Source of the DNA: Anthoceros angustus
Lineage: Eukaryota; Plantae; Anthocerotophyta
Length of the DNA: 64,000 nt
NCBI GenBank assembly: GCA_010909165.1
Contig: MU008220.1
Coordinates: forward strand, 1 to 64,000
Direction of reading: 5' to 3'
The notes beneath the pieces were generated by a model that did not search any database, had not been told where the DNA came from, and worked only from the letters and a program-made list of their open reading frames with translations. The translations under genes and the position numbers were made by a program. This document shows, piece by piece, positions 59,001-64,000 of this stretch (the first letter of the stretch is position 1; each line of letters starts with the position of its first letter).

Positions 59001-62000
59001 TGGGTTTGGGGTAGTAATAAGGTGGGTAGTGAGCGACGGGTAGGTCTAGAATCCATAGATTTAACACCTTGACACAAAACCATTCCCTTGGGATCGAATC
59101 CTAGGACTATAACGACATAGAGGGTAAATGTGGCCTCTTTGCGTCTTCGGATGCAAGAAACCCATTCCACATCTGCCTACCTACCGTGGTAGGCTGACTG
59201 CCTACCACGGTAGTCTGCCCACCCTCTTGGGTAGGCTGCCTCCCTACCGGGGTAGGCTGCCGGGGTGCCTCTTCCCTAGGCACCCACGCAATGGTGGGGA
59301 CTCCCCCCACTCTTGGAGCGGTAGTTCTCCTTTCATAAACTACCACTTGGCCCTCCTTGGCCAGATCTTGCTCTCCTCCGCCTGCTTGCTCTTGTGGAGG
59401 AAAGGCCTCCCATTCCGGCAGCCTTGCTGCCTCCTCTTCTTCCGCCCTCGCTCCTAACATGCTTGTGGAGGTCTGACCTTCCACTGTCTTTTCTGCAAAA
59501 GGCAAGGGCCTTTCCAAACTTGGCTGGAGATGAATTACCTCCGAAGGATGCCAAGCATCTTCCAACTCCTTGCTTGTGAGAAGCCCCTCTGTTTCCCACA
59601 AATGCACCAAATAGGTGCTAAGGTAGCAAGGCCTGGGCCCTTCCTCATCCAGAATTCGCTTGAGGAGTTTCTCCTGGTGGATGTATGCTTCATACATAAT
59701 TGTTCCCCAATCCTTGGCTCCCATGGAAATCTTCCACAAAATCGGAGGAAGTTGCCGAAATAAGAAGTTCGTTGGTAGTTCACCAACCCCAAGACAATCT
59801 TTGCAAAGAGCCTCCACCTCCTTGATGCTCTCTGCTTTCCACCATTCTTGGCGTGGCCTTCACTCCTCCATCCATCATGTCGAGGAGCTCTTGCGGAATG
59901 TCGGAGAGGGCCCTCTTCCTCCATTCGACCTTTCGAGAGCACCCGAGCTCTCCTCTCGGCCTCCCGCGGTAGCCTGTAATGCTTGACCGTCCAACAAGCA
60001 AGGATCCCGAGCATTCCTCTCCAAAAGGCGGGCGCTCCGATTGATGGAGGTTGATGAAACACTCCTCAATCAACTCCAAATTGGTGTAGGCCCATTGGCC
60101 ATACACCCATCCCAATTGGATGTTGTCTTCTTCCGCCCACCAAAATCCACTAGATCCCCGGGTTGAGCTGCCCGCAAAGCACGAAATTGTGGCATCAAAA
60201 GCTCGCCTCCGGCGCGGCCGCCTGCTGGCTTTTTGCCCTTTCCTTCTCGAGGTAGAGCCTTTGCCCCGGCGGCTCCTTCCCTTGCCTTTTCCTCCTCGAG
60301 GCATGGCGGCGTCTTCCTTTCCAAGTGTTTCAAAGGAATTACTTCCCAACGCCAAACACGGGTGTTCCCCAAACTTCTCTTCCCAAACACTTCTCCCCTT
60401 TGTGGTAGCAACCACTTCACCGCAAAGACACGCTAGCTCCGGGCGCGAGTTTTTCAGTGCCCCTCCCCCCGTTGTCCTTCTTCCAGGCGTAGCGCCACGA
60501 TTGTTCGCAGCGCCTCTCAATTCTACCGCCACAGCGCTTTGAGTGCTGCGCTTTTCTAAAGGAATACATGTGCTAGTTAATGATTGGGGTTTGGGTTATT
60601 TAGTCAAGTTAAGCTCTTAGCATTATATGTGTCTTTTCATTAGGGTTACGTCGTTTGGATAAGACACGTTGATTCATAAGTCTCTTTAGTTGTCTTTTCA
60701 TATAACACATAAGTTTTATGTATGTTCTTGATACAATGTAATTATTATATGTTTAATTGATCCAGACCACTAAATTACGTTATGGTATCGTAGCATTAGA
60801 TGCATCGCATTCTAGTGAATGCACATTGTAAAATGCATTGAAAAGATGCATTTGCATATAGTTTCGTTGTTTTTGATTTAGAAAATGCTTTCTTGATCAA
60901 GAAAATAGAAACATAAAGAAAGTGCTTTGTGTTGCTTTATTTCTATAGATGCTCTTATAATTTCTAGCAGATTAGAGTAATCCTAGCGCATTTCTCCTCG
61001 ATTTGCTACCTAGCAAAATCGATGAAGTGCACTAGGACAACCACCGATCCGCAGTAGATTATTAGAGGCATATCTATAACATCAAAAATGTTGAAACAGA
61101 CTTTCTAGCAACACAAAAATTTGGCCCTATGAATGGCCAATCGAGTGGATTGGCGTCTCGCCGAGCGGATTCTCGCCACGTAATCGCCGCAGAGGTCAAG
61201 GCCGGTGGACAGCACCTTGGAACCGTACGAGCAACCATCGGACACGCTGCGCATCGACAGACGAATACAAACGGGCCTGTTGATGCAAAGTGGAAATAAG
61301 AGATTCCTTCACCAACTTGATTGGATCCTCTTCTTCCGCCTCCTAACATGCTTGTGGAGGTCCGACCTTCCAACTTTTTCTCGCAAAAGGCAAGGGCCTT
61401 TCCAAACTTTCCGGAGATGAATTACCTCAAGGATGCCAAGCATCTTCCAACTCCTTGCTTGTGAGAAGCCCCTCTGTTTCCACAAATGCACCAAATAGGT
61501 GCTAAGGTAGCAAGGCCTGGGCCTTCCTCATCCATGAATTCGCTTGAGGAGTTTCTCCCGGTGGTGGATGTATGCTTCATACATAATTGTTCCCCAATCC
61601 GGCTTGGCTCCCATGGAAATCTTCCACAAAAACTGGAGGAAGTTGGTGCTGAAATAAGAAGTTCGTTGGTAGTTCACCAACCCCAGCACAATCTTTGCAA
61701 AGAGCCTCCACTTCAGCTCCTTGATGCTCTCTGTTTTCCAGCCATTCTTGGCGTGGGCCTTCACTCCTCCATCCATCATGTCGAGGAGCTCTTGCGGAAT
61801 GTCGGAGAGGGCCGTCCTCTTCCCTCCATTCGACCTTTCGAGAGCAATTCCGGAGCTCTCCTCTTCTGGCCTCCCGTAGACTTGCCTAATGCTTCGGACC
61901 GTCCAACAGCAAGGATCAGTCCGAGCATTCCTCTCCGGCAAGGCGGCAGGGGCTGCTTCCGATTGATGGAGGTTGATGAAACACTCCTCAATCAACTCCA

Positions 62001-62481
62001 AATTGGTGTAGGCCCATTGGCGGCCATACACCCATCCCAATTGGATGTTGTCTTCTTCTGCCCACTGCCGAAAATCCACTAGATCCCCGGGTTGAGCCGC
62101 CTCAGTGCAAATTGTGGCATCAAAAGCTCGCCTCCTCTGCGCGGCCGCCTGCTGGCTTTTTGCCCTTTCCTTCTCGCGAGGTAGAGCCTTTGCCCCGGCG
62201 GCTCCTTCCCTTGCCTTTTCCTCCTCGAGGCATGGCGCCTTCCTTTCCAAGTGTTTCAAAGGAAGGAATTACTTCCAAACACGGTGTTCCCAAACTTCTT
62301 CCCAAACACTTCTCCCTTTGTGGTAGCAACCACTTCACCTCAAAGACACGCTAGCTCCGGGCGCGAGTTTTTCACCGCGCGTCCTCCTCTCGTTGTCCTT
62401 CTTCCAGGCGCCGCCACGATTGTTCGCAGCGCCTCCTCCCGCCTCACCCCACACTTTGAGTGCTGCGCTTAAAGGAATACA

Positions 62482-62699
62482 TGTGCTAGTTAATGATTGG
62501 GGTTTGGGTTATTTAGTCAAGTTAAGCTCTTAGCATTATATGTGTCTTTTCATTAGGGTTACGTCGTTTGGATAAGACACGTTGATTCATAAGTCTCTTT
62601 AGTTGTCTTTTCATATAACACATAAGTTTTATGTATGTTCTTGATACAATGTAATTATTATATATGTTTAATTGATCTGTATCTACCTAAATTACGTTA
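62482..62699 (+). mobile_element. Probable short 5' LTR of a Copia element (duplicate copy at 60569-60782)
   Basis: AT-rich segment starting TGTGCTAG where the module Y ORF is cut, and ending directly before the PBS. The terminal CA is not intact. Confidence 0.5.
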
Positions 62700-62711
62700 T
62701 GGTATCAGAGC
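62700..62711 (+). promoter_or_regulatory. Primer-binding site for initiator tRNA-Met
   Basis: TGGTATCAGAGC, the canonical plant LTR-retrotransposon iMet PBS. A variant TGGTATCGTAGC is at 60783-60794. Confidence 0.9.
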
Positions 62712-63792
62712 GCTAGATGCAGATCGCATTCTAGTGAATGCACATTGTAAAATGCATTGAAAAAGATGCATTTGCATATAGTTTCTGTTGTTTTTGATTT
62801 AGAAAAATGCTTTCTTGATCAAGAAAATAGAAACATAAAGAAAGTGCTTTGTGTTGCTTTATTTATATAGATGCTCTTATAATTTCTAGCGATTAGAGTA
62901 ATCCTAGCATCTCCTACGATTTGCTAGCAAAATCGATGAAGTGCACTAGGACAACCACCGATCCGCAGTAGATTATTAGAGGCATATCTATAAAATCAAA
63001 AATGTTGAAACAGACTTTCTAGCAACACATATGAATGGCCAACAATCGAGTGGATTGGCGTCCTCTTACTGATTCCGCCACGTAATCGCCGCAGAGGTCA
63101 AGTTGTCGGTGATGCACGAACTGCACGAGCAACTTCATCGGACACGCTATGCATCGACAGACGAATACAAACGGGCCTGTTGATGCGTGGAAATAAGAGA
63201 TTCCTTCACCAACTTGATTGGATCCCTCTTCCTGCACGCCAAGGTGCCCTACCACAAAGAAATTACAATCAGAGAGGTTTTCTAACAACACATGCTTCCC
63301 ATACATCTAGTGTTGATCAGCTAATAAACAGGATTGAGGGACATAGACAAAACGTCGATAGACGTTTCGATAGCATCTCTCAGAGGCTAATTGCAGTAAC
63401 TGTTGATCTGCATGATCTTATAGAAAAGATAGAACATGTGGATTTCAAATTACTAACCTTGTTGAAGCCTACCTTGCTTGCTAACCCTGCAAATAGGGGA
63501 GTAGCTTGTAAGCACGCTAAGAAAACAAGTAGAGCCCATTAATATCCCCAAATTGCCCCTCAACATACGCTACAATAGGTGGCAAATTAGAGACCAAAAT
63601 TGGAAACATTGCAGAGAGGTCAATCGGATGCACTCAGAGAAGACAAAGTTGCCCAACTTTGTTGCTAACATCCTCTGACTTTGTTCGCATGAGAGTATGT
63701 CCCTGAGGTCCTAGAAAACAAACCAACAAAGGTCAATCATCTTAGTATCTTAGTGTTCTAGGAGTAGCTAACCTAGAACACAAAAGAGGAAG

Positions 63793-64000
63793 ATGGCTGA
63801 TCCCTCATCCAGCCATGGTGGGGAAGGGTTTAAGGAAAAGGATAGGTTTGGTGGTCAGGATTACGATATTTGGGTAATCCGCATGAGAGGAGCTTTACAG
63901 AATAGAAAACTCTGGAAGCTTGCTAACGGGGATGATGAATTCCCAGAAGCTACCACCTCTACACCCTCACCTTCTGAAAAGAAAAAACAGGACGAATGGG
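63793..64000 (+). mobile_element. Ty1/copia gag N-terminus (frameshifted, runs off the window)
   Basis: MADPSSSHGGKG/..DRFGGQDYDIWVIRMRGALQNRKLWKLANG...P...W matches the Copia gag N-terminal F.G.NY..W..RM...L...LW pattern. Confidence 0.8.

Larger units (their letters stand above)
45800..62470. mobile_element. Putative TE-associated module Y: related ORFs in opposite orientation plus further orphan ORFs, heavily duplicated
   Basis: Coiled-coil ORF 50108-50917 (-) shares RMLVVRK.RF.ADYA with module X. ORF 59107-59817 (-) has KDWGTIMYEAY...YLSTYLVHLW. Tandem duplications of about 1.1, 2.25, 0.506, 1.3, 0.82 and 1.9 kb. Confidence 0.5.

Noticed and set aside
39061-62470. Endogenous giant virus (NCLDV) or caulimovirus insertion
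   Set aside because: No capsid, polymerase, ATPase, movement protein or RT motifs were recognised. It cannot be fully excluded without profile searches.

Overview
Eukaryotic nuclear DNA from a land plant, probably a non-seed plant such as a bryophyte or lycophyte (inference from gene content, short introns and TE types). The left half (1-31 kb) is gene-rich. It holds SURF1 with an internal 591-bp tandem duplication, a decayed C2-domain/Pro-Tyr-rich gene, an intronless organellar isoleucyl-tRNA synthetase head-to-head with plastid LTO1/VKOR, a cluster-II diacylglycerol kinase and a PP2A B' subunit. These are interspersed with Copia and Ty3/gypsy remnants and a 3.4-kb pentamer satellite (GAGTT/GAGCT/AAATT). 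The right half is a TE nest: a chromovirus-type Ty3/gypsy split by a one-ended CACTA element, then about 23 kb (39-62.5 kb) of tandemly duplicated, indel-ridden modules. Those modules carry orphan basic/coiled-coil ORFs and no recognisable gag/pol, and the window ends at the 5' end of a Copia element. Many of the tandem duplications may be long-read assembly artefacts. The best candidates for novelty are the orphan-ORF block, the frame-preserving SURF1 duplication and the graded satellite. None is established as a new system.
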